Positions 43,153 through 54,463 of a stretch of DNA of 64,000 nucleotides are shown here, piece by piece. How positions within the stretch are numbered: the first letter of the stretch is position 1; each line of letters opens with the position of its first letter. A program made the translations under genes and the position numbers. This stretch comes from an uncultured Acidimicrobiaceae bacterium (lineage in GTDB: Bacteria; Actinomycetota; Acidimicrobiia; Acidimicrobiales; RAAP-2). The stretch spans positions 399,552 through 463,551 of the forward strand of contig CAVQXB010000004.1 in NCBI GenBank assembly GCA_963717885.1. The letters are read 5' to 3'. A model generated the notes under the pieces. The model made no database searches, was not told the DNA's origin, and worked only from the letters and a program-made list of their open reading frames with translations.

Positions 43153-43346
43153 CTAAGAGTGATGCTTCACGAGTGCCACAGCTTCGCCGATTGATTCCAT
43201 ACTGCACTCGCACACTGACCGTCGGCGCCTCGAGCGCTCGACCTGACAGATCAGACCAGCACCCCCCGGAGAACCGGCTACCGGACCGACGGTCGTGGTG
43301 CTGCCCGCGATGTACGTGAAATCGGCACAACAGGAGGCTGTGGCAC
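43153..43346 (+). promoter_or_regulatory. Candidate structured 5' leader RNA (three nested perfect helices)
   Basis: Helix 1: GTGCCACAGC 43173-43182 pairs with GCTGTGGCAC 43337-43346. Helix 2: GCCGATT 43186-43192 pairs with AATCGGC 43320-43326. Helix 3: GACCGTCGG 43217-43225 pairs with CCGACGGTC 43286-43294. There is also a local palindrome TCGAGCGCTCGA at 43230-43241. The SD AGGAGG is at 43332-43337 and the ATG at 43347. Confidence 0.4.
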
Positions 43347-44009
43347 ATGACTGGACAGATAGCAGGACCGAGCATGTTCTCGCTCGAGCTGGTCGCACTG
43401 ATCGTGGGGGTCGCCACGATCGCGGGGGTAGTGGATCTCCTCCGCCAACCCGGGTGGGCCTGGAAGCGGGCCGAGGAGAGCAAGATCGCCTACCTCGTCC
43501 TGGTGGTGCTGGTCCCCATCGTCGGCCTTTCCCTCTACGTGTTCAAGGGGCGCCCCAAGGTCTCCACCATCGCCTCTGCCGGTCGGGCCGCCAGCCTCCC
43601 CTTCGAACGCTTCGGTGAACCGGCCGATGCCCCGCACCGCGAAGAGCACTGGCCCATCGGGGCGACCGGCGGCGTGGCCCCGCCGATGGGGTTCGACCTC
43701 TTCAACGAGGCCAACGACCACGGATCCGAGTCGGTCGGTCCGGCCGAGGAGGTACCCCTCGAGGTGTCCGGCACCTTCTTCAGCAGTGGCGGGACGGCCA
43801 CCAAGGCCCGTCCTGGGGTCGGCTTGGCCCGGACCTACCGACCCAAGCAGCGGACCAGCCTGCCGTCAGCCGAGGGCGCCCCGACCGTCCCCGCCGGATG
43901 GAAGGCCGACCCCACCGGGCGGCACCAGTTCCGCTACTGGGACGGCTTCCACTGGACCGAGAACGTGGCCGACGCCGGCGAGCAGTCACGGGACGCGGTC
44001 GCCTCCTGA
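43347..44009 (+). CDS. Membrane protein with PLD-nuclease-N-terminal-type TM module and C-terminal DUF2510 motif
   Basis: Intact 220-aa ORF. It has KIAYLVLVVLVPIVGLSLYVFKGRP (PLDc_N-like) and GWKADPTGRHQFRYWDGFHWTENV (DUF2510). Confidence 0.7.
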   Translation: MTGQIAGPSMFSLELVALIVGVATIAGVVDLLRQPGWAWKRAEESKIAYLVLVVLVPIVGLSLYVFKGRPKVSTIASAGRAASLPFERFGEPADAPHREEHWPIGATGGVAPPMGFDLFNEANDHGSESVGPAEEVPLEVSGTFFSSGGTATKARPGVGLARTYRPKQRTSLPSAEGAPTVPAGWKADPTGRHQFRYWDGFHWTENVADAGEQSRDAVAS

Positions 44010-44019
44010 ACCCAGGACC

Positions 44020-45033
44020 GGCCGCCTAACGGCCGGGACCGGCAGAGCCGGCTGAGCCGGGCCACCAGTATCTCGAGCACGGTCTCCCCCGACAGACCGC
44101 TCACGCCCCGGATGTCCAGGTCGGCCTGGGCCAGCAGTTGCATGGCCCGCCCGATCCGCTCGATGCCCAGGCGGCGGGACTCGGCCAGCGCCTTCTTGGC
44201 CGGGAAGGCGCTCTTCATCCCGAGCGACCCGGGCCGCCTCCTCGGGGGAGGTGGCCCCGGACCCGTCCAGCTGCAGCATCTTGCGGTAGTGGCCGTAGAG
44301 CACGGCCATCACCCGTAGCGGGTGGGAGTCCGGCGCGTCGAGCATCCGGCGCAGCACGCCCAGGGCCTTGGCCGACCTCCCGGCGTCGATGGCGTCGGTG
44401 AGGTCCCAGGGGGCCAGCGCCCCGGCCGTGCCCAGGAACGGCTCGAGGTCGGCGGCCGAGACCGTGCTCCCGCGACCGTAGGCCGAGGCCAGGGTGTCGA
44501 GCAGGCCCTCCAGCCGGCCCATGTCCTCGCCCAGGTGCTCGGAGAGCAGCGCGGTCGCCGGACCGTCCAGACGGACCGGACCGCGCCTTCAGGTGATCGG
44601 CCAGCCACTGCGACCGTGCCCGACCGGTGCCCACCGAGGTGTCCACCACCTGCCCGGAGGCCCCCACCGCCTTGGACAGCGACCTGGGGCAGGGTACCGC
44701 CCCCGGCCACCAGCACCAGAGCCGTGGTGGGCAGGGGGTTCTTCAGGTACTCGACCAGGCGCTTGGCATCGCCGGGGTGACAGCTGTCCGACATCGCGCA
44801 CCACGACCACCCGCCGCTCGACCAGGAAGGGCGGCGTGGTGCAGGCGTCGATCACCGCGCCCACGTCGAACGGCTCGATCCCAGGCCCGCCGAACTCCTC
44901 GACCACGAGGGAGGGGTCCCCGCCGGCCACCAGCTGCTCGGTGAGGGTGTGGGCGGCCTGGGCCACCAGGGAGGGGTCGGTACCCCGGACCAGGTAGGCC
45001 GGCGCCGGCGCCGCCGTGGGACCGGGCTCCACG
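44020..45033 (-). CDS. holA: DNA polymerase III delta subunit HolA (at least 3 frame changes; ends approximate)
   Basis: Pieces: AYLVRGTDPSLVAQAAHTLTEQLV...FDVGAVIDACTTPPFLVERRVVVVRDVGQL; AKRLVEYLKNPLPTTALVLVAGG; LAPWDLTDAIDAGRSAKALGVLRRML...HPLRVMAVLYGHYRKM; FPAKKALAESRRLGIERIGRAMQLLAQADLDIRG. Confidence 0.75.
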
Positions 45034-45061
45034 TCCGGGCCGGCGGTGGACCCGACCGCAC

Positions 45062-45949
45062 TCACCGTCCGGCTCCGTCCACCGGCCGGATCCGCGGCGC
45101 CGATCGACCCGACGGGCGGCCTGGACCGCGCCAAGCACCTGGCACGCCTGACGGTGGGCGGCGACGTCGTGGACCCGCACGATCCGGCACCCGAGGGTGG
45201 CACCCAGGGCCGTGGCGGCCAGGGACGCCTCCCGCCGCTCGCCGATCTCGAGACCCAGGACCGCGCCCAGGAAGGTCTTGTTGGACGCCGAGAGCAGGAG
45301 CGGGTATCCGAGATCGGCCAACCGGTCGGAGGCCCGGAGCAGGGTGAGCGACTGCTCGGCCGTCTTGCCCAGGTCGAGCCCGGCGTCGAGCACGATCCGG
45401 TCCGAGGTAAGGCCGGCGGCACTGGCCCAGCCCGCCCGCTCCACCAGGTAGGCCCGGACCGCCTCGACCACGTCGTCGTAGACGGGATCGGGATCGGGGA
45501 TCCGGGGGCCGAGCCGGATGTGGGTGGCCACCACGGTGGCCCCGGCGGCGGCTGCTACCGCCAGGTAGTCCGGATCGGCGAAGCCGCTGATGTCGTTGCC
45601 CATCACCGCGCCCGACCGCGTAGGCCTCCTTGGCCACCGAGGCCCGCCAGGTGTCCACCGAGAGGGGGACGTCGAACCGGGCCCGCAACGCTTCGAGGGC
45701 CGGGATCACCCGGTCGAGCTCCTCGGGCTCCTCCACCGCAGGGCCCGGCCCGGCCTTGACCCCGCCCACGTCGAGCAGGTCGGCGCCGTCGTCGACCAGC
45801 CGCTCGGCCCGTCGCACCAGGTCGTCGAGCGCATAGGTGGCACCCTTGTCGTAGAACGAGTCGGGCGTGCGGTTGAGGATGCCCATCACCAGGGCCCGGT
45901 CGGTGATGTCGAAGGACCGCTCGCCGAGGGTCAGCCGGGTTGCTCGCAC
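45062..45949 (-). CDS. folP: Dihydropteroate synthase (1-2 frame changes; 3' end approximate)
   Basis: The product has LVMGILNRTPDSFYDKGATY...DLLDVGGVKAGPG...LSVDTWRASVA, then NDISGFADPDYL...ASNKTFLG...RIVRVHDV. Confidence 0.8.
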   Translation of the reverse strand: MRATRLTLGERSFDITDRALVMGILNRTPDSFYDKGATYALDDLVRRAERLVDDGADLLDVGGVKAGPGPAVEEPEELDRVIPALEALRARFDVPLSVDTWRASVAKEAYAVGRGDGQRHQRLRRSGLPGGSSRRRGHRGGHPHPARPPDPRSRSRLRRRGRGGPGLPGGAGGLGQCRRPYLGPDRARRRARPGQDGRAVAHPAPGLRPVGRSRIPAPALGVQQDLPGRGPGSRDRRAAGGVPGRHGPGCHPRVPDRAGPRRRRPPSGVPGAWRGPGRPSGRSAPRIRPVDGAGR

Positions 45950-46023
45950 CGCCGTGACGCTATCCCCCGGCCGGGCGGTCGACACCCCATCGGTGCCGGC
46001 CGGCGCTGAGGCGGCCCCCCGGG

Positions 46024-46744
46024 TCAGAACAGGCGGGACGCCAAGGCCCTTGCGGTAGCCCGCGGTCCGGGGGTCGTCGGGCCCCAGGGTCTCGAGCAGG
46101 TCCAGGAACTCCTGCCGGGCGGTGGGATCCTCGGCGACCCGGTCGAGGAGGCCGTCCAGGAGGCCGTCGACGCCGTCGGCGGCCACGTCCACCTGCTGGG
46201 ACGCCAGGCGGGCCTCGGCCAGCAGGCGCCGGGTCTCGGGGGTCTCGGGGATCCGCCCGAGCAGGGCGATGGCCTCCTCGGGGTCGCCGCGGGCGATCAG
46301 CACCCCGGCCAGGGCCAGGATGGCGCCCTCGTGGTCGGGCTGCAGCTCGAGGGCGCGGCGCAGCGGCTCCTCCGTCCCGTCCCGCTGGCCCTCGTCCACC
46401 AGCAGGTCGGCCTCGGTCGGCGCCGGGGCCAGCTTGGCCACGAATTCGGCCACCGCCGGCTCGGGCAGGGCGCCGATGAATCCGTCGACCACCTTGCCGT
46501 CCTTCAGGGCGAAGACGGCCGGGATCGACTGCACCTGGAAGCTGGCGGAGATGGCCGGGTTCTCGTCCACGTTGACCTTGACCAGCGCCACGGCCCCCTC
46601 GGTGGCGTCGACCACCTTCTCGATGATCGGCCCGAGGGTCCGGCACGGCCCGCACCAGGGGGCCCACAGGTCCACCACCACCGGGACCTCGGAGGACCGC
46701 TGGAGGACCTCCTCCTCGAACGTGGCGTCGGTGACGTCGATCAT
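46024..46744 (-). CDS. Thioredoxin-domain protein with TPR-like C-terminal domain (YbbN-type; frame change near 46045)
   Basis: The product has MIDVTDATFEEEVLQRSSEVPVVVDLWAPWCGPCRTLGPIIEKV and a helical repeat tail. After the shift the C-terminus reads ...ALASRLF followed by a stop. Confidence 0.8.
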
Positions 46745-46857
46745 GACCGAGACGATACCGGGAGCAGCCGTTTGATCCGATCGTCGGGGTCAAGGTCTCG
46801 CCCGACGCGGCCGGGCCCGGCCCGGGGGCCGAAGCGAGCGCGGGTAGCGTCGGGGTC

Positions 46858-47919
46858 ATGGAAGCAGGGCCGCCGACCATGGACGTCGACATCGAGGGGA
46901 TCGACCGGGGTCGGGTGACCGAGTGGCTGGACGCCACGGTGTCGGGCGCCGAGCCCCCCTTCACCTTCGAGCTCATCGCCGGGGGCCGCTCCAACCTGAC
47001 CTACCGGGTCACCGACCGGGCCGGCCGTGCTTACGCCCTCCGGCGGCCGCCGGTCAGCCACGTGCTTCCGACCGCCCACGACATGCAGCGCGAGCACACC
47101 GTCATCTCGGCCCTCAACCGGACCGACGTGCCGGTGCCCCGGACCCTCGGGCTGTGTGCCGACGAGTCGGTCAACGGAGCTCCGTTCTATGTGATGTCGT
47201 TCGTCGAGGGCCACATCGTCCGGGACGAGCGGGCCGCCGCCGAACTGGACGAGTCCAGCCGGGCACGGGCCGGGGACTCGCTGATCGACACCCTGGCCGG
47301 ACTGCACGCCGTGGACGTGGACGCCGTCGGTCTCGGTGACTTCGCCCGGCGTGACAGCTACATCGCCCGCCAGCTCAAGCGGTGGCACGGCCAGTTCAGC
47401 CAGTCGACCGTCGACGGCCGGCCCGGTCCGGCCGTCATCGACCGGGTCCACGAGCTGCTGGCCAGCCGGATCCCCGACCAGCAGGGCGTGGCCATCGTTC
47501 ACGGCGACTACCGCCTGGACAACACGGTGCTCGACGACCGGGGCACGGTCCAGGCCATCCTCGACTGGGAGATCTGCACCCTGGGCGACCCGCTGGCCGA
47601 CCTCGGTCTGCTGCTGGTCTACTGGGCCGAGCCCGGGGACGGCGACCAGGCCCTGCTCGGCGTGGCCCCCACCACCCTCCCCGGGTTCGCCCGGCGGTCC
47701 GACCTGCTGGCCCGCTACGCCGAGGTCTCGGGCCGCGACGTCTCCCACATCGCCTACTACCGTGCGTTCGGGTTCTGGAAGCTGGCCTGTATCCTCCAAG
47801 GGGTCCATGTGCGCTATGCCGGAGGGGCCGCAGCCGGTGACCGATCGGGCGTCGACCAGTTCGCCGCTCACGTGGGTCGACTGGGAGAGCGGGCTCTGGC
47901 CGAGGTGGAGTCGTTGTGA
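46858..47919 (+). CDS. Aminoglycoside-phosphotransferase-fold (APH-like) kinase family protein
   Basis: Intact ORF with GGRSNLTYRV, IVHGDYRLDNTVL and AILDWEICTLGDP. Confidence 0.8.
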   Translation: MEAGPPTMDVDIEGIDRGRVTEWLDATVSGAEPPFTFELIAGGRSNLTYRVTDRAGRAYALRRPPVSHVLPTAHDMQREHTVISALNRTDVPVPRTLGLCADESVNGAPFYVMSFVEGHIVRDERAAAELDESSRARAGDSLIDTLAGLHAVDVDAVGLGDFARRDSYIARQLKRWHGQFSQSTVDGRPGPAVIDRVHELLASRIPDQQGVAIVHGDYRLDNTVLDDRGTVQAILDWEICTLGDPLADLGLLLVYWAEPGDGDQALLGVAPTTLPGFARRSDLLARYAEVSGRDVSHIAYYRAFGFWKLACILQGVHVRYAGGAAAGDRSGVDQFAAHVGRLGERALAEVESL

Positions 47920-48828
47920 CCGAACGCGATCCGTCGTCGCTCTATGAATTCGATGGCAACTGGGACCGGGCCGCCCTCGAGCGGCTGTCGCGGCCGATCC
48001 TGGTGGTGGCGCTGGAAGGATGGGTCGACGCCGGCATGGGCGCATCGGCCGCCATCGCCGACCTGTTGACCTCGTCGCCGACTAGCTGAGGTGGCGTCGT
48101 TCGACACCGAGATCGCTGATCGACCAGCGGGCCCGCCGTCCGATCGCCCGGCTGGAGGACGGGGTGACCACCGAGCTGACCTGGCCGGCCATCCGGATGG
48201 TGGCCGGCAAGGACCGGGTGGGCGCGGACATCCTCTACCTGACCGGGCCGGAGCCCGACTTCCGCTGGCCGACCTTCATCGAGGCCGTGGTGGGCCTGGT
48301 CCAGGGCCTCGACGTCCGTACCGTGGTCGGGTTCGGGGCCTTCCCCGCTCCCACCCCCCACACCCGTCCGGTGCGGCTGGCCTCGACGGTCCCTCCCCAG
48401 TCGGTGGAGCTGGCCGGTCGGGTGGGGACGGTGCACGGCACCCTCGAGGTACCGGCCGGCGTGCAGGCGGCGCTGGAGGTGGCCCTGGGCCAGGCCGGCG
48501 TGCCGGTCATCGGTCTGTGGGCCAGGGTCCCCCACTACGTGTCGGCCATGCCCTATCCCGAGGCCAGTGCCGCCCTCATCGAAGGACTCTGTGCGGTGAC
48601 CGGGACCGTGCTCGACAGCTCGTCGCTACGGGGCGCGGCCGAGGCGTCGCGGCGCCAGGTCGACGAACTCATCGGGGCCAATCCCGAGCACCTCGAGATG
48701 GTGCGGAGGCTGGAGGCGGCCCTCGACTCGGAGGAGGCCCCGCCCGGCGGTCCTGGACGTCGGACGTGCCCAGCGGTGACGAGATCGCCGCCGAGTTGGA
48801 GCAGTTCCTCAGAGGCGAAGGGCACTGA
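47916..48828 (+). CDS. PAC2 (proteasome assembly chaperone-like) family protein (about 3 frame changes)
   Basis: The GTG start overlaps the upstream stop. The product has RPILVVALEGWVDAGMGASAA, then ILYLTGPEPDFRWPTFIEAVV...LWARVPHYVSAMPYPEASAALIEGL, and ends ...EIAAELEQFLRGEGH. Confidence 0.7.
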
Positions 48829-48829
48829 C

Positions 48830-49487
48830 CGGCCGGGCCGCCACCGGAGCCGAGCGGAGGGCTCGAGCTCCGGCTGCTGCGACAGGCGCTGCGCCGACAG
48901 GGCCAGGATCACCAGTGAGGCCAGGGCCACGACCACCAGCAGTCCCATCAGCGCCCACATGACCACTCGTCGGCGGTGACTGCCGGCGGCTCCCAACCCC
49001 GTCCGGTCGGCCGAGCGACGCGTCCGGTTGGCCGACTGGATGGAGCGACGTGATCGCACCGGGGCGGCCGCGGCCGCGGTGAAGGCCGGGAGCTCGGCCA
49101 CGATCTCGATCATCTGGGCCTTGGTGGTGGCCTCGGCCAGGTCGCGGAGACGGATCTCGTAGTCGGCGGGGTCCAGCAGGCCCCGCTCGGCGGCACTGTC
49201 GAGCAGGAGCCCGTAGCGGGTGCGCTCCTCGTCGGTCACGACCTCTGCGGTGGCCGACTCGGGCCACGGGGCCACGGAACCCGCGGCACCGGGCGACGTG
49301 GCTGGACCTGGAGCGGGGAAGGGGGCCTCGGCGCCGTCGTCCTGGAGGGGAACCTCCGGGTTGGTCACTCGCCCGTTCGGACCCGGCGCCGGCGTCGGCG
49401 CCGTCTCGGGGGCCCGAGTTCCATCCGGCCCGGCGGTGGACGGGTCGGACCGGGCCGGTCGGGCCACGGGGAGGATGAATGACTCCA
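48830..49487 (-). CDS. DUF1707-domain membrane protein (ends approximate)
   Basis: The middle of ORF 48553..49680 has VTDEERTRYGLLLDSAAERGLLDPADYEIRLRDLAEATTKAQMIEIVAELP, followed by a TM helix VVMWALMGLLVVVALASLVILAL. Confidence 0.55.
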
Positions 49488-49695
49488 TCAGGGAGGCGAC
49501 GTCGCCGAAGACCAGGACCTCGGGGCAACCTCGGGCTCCATGACCGCCGAAGGGGCCGGCACCTCGGCCGTGGTCGGATGACCGGTGTCGAGGTCGTCGG
49601 TCACCGGCGAATTGTGGGGCAGCCACCGCCGGGATGCAACCGCGATCTCCATCCGGGCGGCGAATCCCCACGCTGACCACGGGTTAGCGTGGGAC

Positions 49696-50702
49696 ATGGA
49701 CGTCGACGGAGGCATCGGATTCGACCCCAGCGGAGTCATCGAGTCGGCCCGACATGGCCGAGCGGGTGGGCTACGACGGCCTATGGTCCGCGGAGACCAA
49801 TCACGACCCGTTCCTGCCGCTGATGCTGGCCGCCGAGCACACCGAGCGGATCCAGCTGGGGACCGGGATCGCCGTGGCCTTCGCCCGAAATCCCATGAAC
49901 CTGGCCGTGGTGGCCAACGACCTCCAGACCGCATCCAAGGGCCGGTTCCTCCTCGGCCTGGGCTCCCAGATCAAGCCCCATATCGAGAAGCGGTTCTCCA
50001 TGCCCTGGTCGCATCCGGCTCCGCGGATGCGTGAGCTGATCTCGGCCATCCGGGCCATCTGGGCCAGCTGGGCCGACGGCAGCCGGCTGGCCTTCCGGGG
50101 CGAGTTCTACCGTCACACCCTGATGACCCCGATGTTCGACCCGGGGCCCAACCCCTACGGCAACCCGAGGATCTTCCTCGCCGCCGTGGGCGAGAGGATG
50201 ACCGAGGTGGCCGGTCGAGGTGGCCGACGGCGTACTGGCCCACGGATTCACCACCGAGCGCTACCTGCGGGAGGTCACCGTGCCCTCCCTCGAACGGGGT
50301 CTGGCCTCGGCCGGGAAGACCCGGGCCGACGTCCAGATCTCCTACCCGGGCATGGTGGTGACCGGCGAGGACGAGGCCGGATTCGCCGCCGCCACCAAGG
50401 CAGTCAGGACCCAGCTCGCCTTCTACGGGTCGACCCCCGCCTACCGGCCGGTCCTGGAGCTCCACGGCTGGGGCGATCTCCAGACCGAGCTCAACACACT
50501 GTCCAAGCGGGGGGCCTGGGACGAGATGGCCGAGCTCATCGACGACGAGGTGCTCAACACGTTCGCCGTGGTCGGCGAGCTCGACACCATCGCCCCTGAG
50601 GTGCTCCGGCGCTTCGACGGTCTGGTCGACCGATTCAACTTCTACGCGCCGTACGCCATGGAGCCGGAGCGGTGGGCCGAGGTACTGGCCGGTTTCAAGT
50701 AG
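49696..50702 (+). CDS. LLM-class F420-dependent oxidoreductase (about 2 frame changes)
   Basis: The product has GYDGLWSAETNHDPFLPLMLAAEHTERIQLGTGIAVAFARNPM. The C-terminal piece 50220..50702 has ADGVLAHGFTTERYL...LAFYGSTPAYRPVLELHGW. Confidence 0.8.
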
Positions 50703-50750
50703 TCGGCGGCCGGCGTCGGCTGGGGCCCGAAGGGCGGCGCGCTCGGGCGG

Positions 50751-53253
50751 TCAGACGACGATGTTGACCAGCTTGGGAGGCTTGACGATGACCCGGCGGG
50801 GCGCCGCCCCGGCCAGCGCGTCGGTCACCGCCGGCGACGCCAGGGCCAGGGCCAGGGCCTCCTCCTCGGTCACCGACGGAGCCACGTCGATCCGGTCACG
50901 GACCTTGCCGTTGACCTGGACGATCAGCGTCACGCGGTCCTCGGCGGCCAACTCGGGGTCCGCCACCGGCCAGGCGTGGGCGTGGACGTGGTCGCCGTGC
51001 CGCCGCTCCCAGGCCTCGGCGGCCAGATGGGGGGTCATCGGGGCCAGAAGGAGCAGCAGGGTGTCCACCGCCTTCGTCGACCACGTCCGCGTGGCCGTCG
51101 TCGCGCCCATAGGCCTGCAGCAGGTGGACGAACTCCATGCAGGCGGCCACCGCCGTGTTGTACGACCACCGCTCGTAGTCCCGGCTGACCCGGTCGATGA
51201 GCCGGTGGGTGGCCCGTCGGGTGGCGAGGTCGACGTCGGTGATCGGCCCGGATCGAAGTTCGGGGACTGCGTCCTCCGGGGGGCACGCGCCAGCCGCCAG
51301 ACCCGGTCGAGGAAGCGGCCGCACCCCTCGATGACGCTGTCGGTCTGCTCCGACCAGTCGACGTCGTCGGCCGGGGGGGCCACGAAGAGGTGGAACAGCC
51401 GGAGGGCGTCGGCGCCCACGGTGGTCAGATAGCTGGACGGCGCCACCAGGTTGCCCTTGGACTTGGACATCTTCTTGCCGTCCATCCGGATCATGCCCTG
51501 GGTGAAGAGGCGGGCGAAGGGCTCCCGGAGCTCCTCGGGGGCCAGGCCCACATCGGCCAGTGCCTTGGTGTAGAAGCGGGCGTAGAGCAGGTGCAGGATG
51601 GCGTGCTCGATGCCGCCGATGTACTGGTCGACCGGCATCCAGTGCCGGGCGATGTCGGGGTCGAAGGGCAGGTCCGGGGTCCACGGATCGGTGAATCGCA
51701 GGAAGTACCACGAGGAGTCGACGAAGGTGTCCATGGTGTCGGTCTCCCGGGTGGCCGGGCCGCCGCAGACCGGGCAGACGGTGTTGAGGAACTCAGGGTT
51801 GGTGGCCAGGGGTGACTCGCCGGTGGGCAGGAACTCCACATCGTCGGGGGCCAGCACCGGGAGCTGGTCGACAGGCACCGGCACGATGCCGTGCATCGGG
51901 GCAGTAGACGACCGGGATCGGGCAGCCCCAGAATCGCTGGCGGGAGACCAGCCAGTCACGCAGGCGGTAGTTGACCGTGCGCACCCCGATGCCCTCGTCC
52001 TCCAGCCACTCGATGGCCCGGGCCTTGGCCGTCGGGATGTCCAGACCGTTCAGCCACTGGCTGTTGATCTTCTCGCCGGTACCGGTGTAGGCCCCCCCGG
52101 GGCCGTCGGGTCCGTCCCACCCGTCGGGCGGTCGCACGGTACGGACCCACGGCAACCCGTAGGCCTGGGCGAAGTCCCAGTCCCGGGTGTCCTCGGCCGG
52201 GACTGCCATGATCGCCCCGGTCCCGTAGCCCATCAGGACGTAGTCGGCCACGTAGACCGGCACCGGGCGGCCGGTGAACGGATTGACCACCGACGACCCG
52301 GTGAAGGCGCCCCGCTTGGCGAGGCTGAGGGGGCCGCTCTCCGACATCCGCTCCACGTCGCTGCTGGAGGCGGCCCGTAGCCGGAGCTCCTCCACCTCGG
52401 ACCGGTGCTCCGGAGTGGTCAGCTCCTCGACCAGCGGATGCTCGGGGGCCACGACGGCGTAGGTCATCCCGAACGAGGTGTCGGGCCGGGTGGTGAACAC
52501 CCGCAGAGCCAGCCGGTCCCCAGCGTCGGCCCCTTCCCGCCCCACGACGACCAGGTCGAACTCGGCTCCCTCGGACCGGCCGATCCAGTTCCGCTGCATG
52601 GTCTTCACCCGTTCGGGCCACTCGAGTTCGTCCAGCCCGGCCAGGAGCTCATCGGCGTACCGGGTGATCCGGAAGAACCACTGCTCGAGGTCCCGCTTGA
52701 CCACCAGGTCCCCGGAGCGCTCACAGGTGCCGTCGGCCAGCACCTGCTCGTTGGCCAGCACGGTCTGGCACCCCGGGCACCAGTTGACCGGGGCGTTGGC
52801 CCGGTAGGCCAGGTCCTCGGCCAGGAGCTTCTCGAAGATCACCTGGTTCCACTTGATGTACTCGGGATCGTGGCTCCGGATCTCCCTCCGCCAGTCGTAG
52901 ACGGCGCCGAGCGAGGTGATCGACTCCTTCAGCTCCTCGATGCGGGCGTCGGTGAAGATCCGGGGGTGGGTGCCGGTCTTGATGGCTGCGTTCTCGGCCG
53001 GGAGGCCGAAGGAGTCGAAGCCGAACGGGGAGAGCACGGCGTAGCCCAACATGGTGCGGTGCCGGACCAGGAGGTCACCGAAGGTGTAGTTGCGGACGTG
53101 GCCCATGTGGGCTGGCCCGGACGGGTAGGGGTACATGGTGAGCACGTACCACGGTGGCCGTGGATCGTCGGCATCGACCTCATAGGTGCCCTCGTCGGCC
53201 CACCGCCGCTGCCACTTCTTCTCCACGTCGATGACGTCATAGGCCCGAGCCAT
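50751..53253 (-). CDS. leuS: Leucyl-tRNA synthetase (at least 4 frame changes)
   Basis: The N-terminus is MARAYDVIDVEKKWQRRWADEGTYEV...MYPYPSGPAHMGHVRNYTFGD (HIGH-type). The product also has CPGCQTVLANEQV and KMSKSKGN. The C-terminus is ...TLIVQVNGKVRDRIDV...VKPPKLVNIVV. Confidence 0.9.
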
Positions 53254-53311
53254 GGGTCACGATCGTACCGGGGGGTGGCCCGGGCCCCGGTTTCACCGGT
53301 GGACGTGAGCT

Positions 53312-54463
53312 TCAGACGTGCGAGGCGAGGCCGGACAGGGTGCCGCCGAGTTGGGACGCCAGGCCCTTCAGCGATGGGGCGAGGTCGTTGAGATTGGTCA
53401 CCTCGGACGCCGGGGGCACGCTCACCGACACCGGCAGGCCGTAGTGGGAGAGACCGACGGTCACCTCCACCGTCGTGCCGACAGCCGGGTGCGACGGGGA
53501 GGCCACCCCGAGAGGGCCCAGCAGGCCCGCGAGTGAGGCGTGGCTGAGGTCCACCCTGATCGAGAGCTGGCGGAGCAGGCCGTCGCCCCCAACCCAGGCC
53601 GTGAGGGGGACGCTGGGAACTCCCAGCTGCTGCAGCGCCTTGGCCGCTGCTCCGGCGCCGGTCGACGAGGACCCCTGGGCCAGCTTCGACGCCACGGCGG
53701 CCACCGATATGGTGGTCCGGTACTCGGTGGTCGGCTCGCCGTTCAACCGGACGATCCCCACCTTGGTCACCGGCGAACCCACCGACCCGAGCATGTCCAG
53801 GGCCTTGGTCGGGTCCGCCAGCGCGGACAGCGCGAGCGAGTCGGCCGACGAGCCGGTGAGCGGCCCCAGCGCCGACAACGGCGTCTCGACCCAGCTCTTG
53901 CCGCCGGTGAGCGAGGAGATGCCGGGGAGGTCGAGATAGACGTTGGTGCCGTCCGAGACGACGTCCACCGAGGCGGATGCACCTCCGCCGAGCAGTGGGG
54001 ACAGCCCGGGAACCGAGGCGGACACCCTGCCGATGCCGCCGGAAAGGTCGACGGAGCCGTGGCCGGAAAGCAGGGAGGTGGTCGACGAAGAGGTCGACTG
54101 GGTGGCCGACACGGAGAAGGTCACGCTCGATGAGGCCGCCGATACGGCGGCCGACGACGCCAGACTGCCGCGGGCGGAGGCGGAACCTGGTCCCGGCTCG
54201 GCAACACCGGAACTGCCGGTGCCGGATCCCCCGCCGAAGGCGGCCGCGCCGATGGCGATGGCGGCGATGGTCGACACGGCGATGACCGCGAGGACCAGGC
54301 GGCCGGGGCTCTTCGACCGCGCCGTCCCCGGGGCCGGCATCGCCGGAGGCCCGGGTGGGCCGAGGGGCACGAGCGAGTCGTCGGGACGTGGTTCGAGGCC
54401 GGTGCCGGGAGCCCCGACCGAGTACCCCGGGACGGCAGGCTGTTGTTCGACCAGTTCACTCAC
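53312..54463 (-). CDS. Membrane-anchored secreted hypothetical protein (Ser/Gly-rich linker, LolA/LppX-like pattern in C-domain)
   Basis: Intact 383-aa ORF with a GTG start. It has a single TM helix (LVLAVIAVSTIAAIAIGAAAF) and a low-complexity S/G/A linker. The following domain has VVSDGTNVYLDLPG...LNGEPTTEYRTTISV...LTAWVGGDGLLRQLSIRV. The fold assignment is a guess. Confidence 0.55.
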   Translation of the reverse strand: MSELVEQQPAVPGYSVGAPGTGLEPRPDDSLVPLGPPGPPAMPAPGTARSKSPGRLVLAVIAVSTIAAIAIGAAAFGGGSGTGSSGVAEPGPGSASARGSLASSAAVSAASSSVTFSVSATQSTSSSTTSLLSGHGSVDLSGGIGRVSASVPGLSPLLGGGASASVDVVSDGTNVYLDLPGISSLTGGKSWVETPLSALGPLTGSSADSLALSALADPTKALDMLGSVGSPVTKVGIVRLNGEPTTEYRTTISVAAVASKLAQGSSSTGAGAAAKALQQLGVPSVPLTAWVGGDGLLRQLSIRVDLSHASLAGLLGPLGVASPSHPAVGTTVEVTVGLSHYGLPVSVSVPPASEVTNLNDLAPSLKGLASQLGGTLSGLASHV

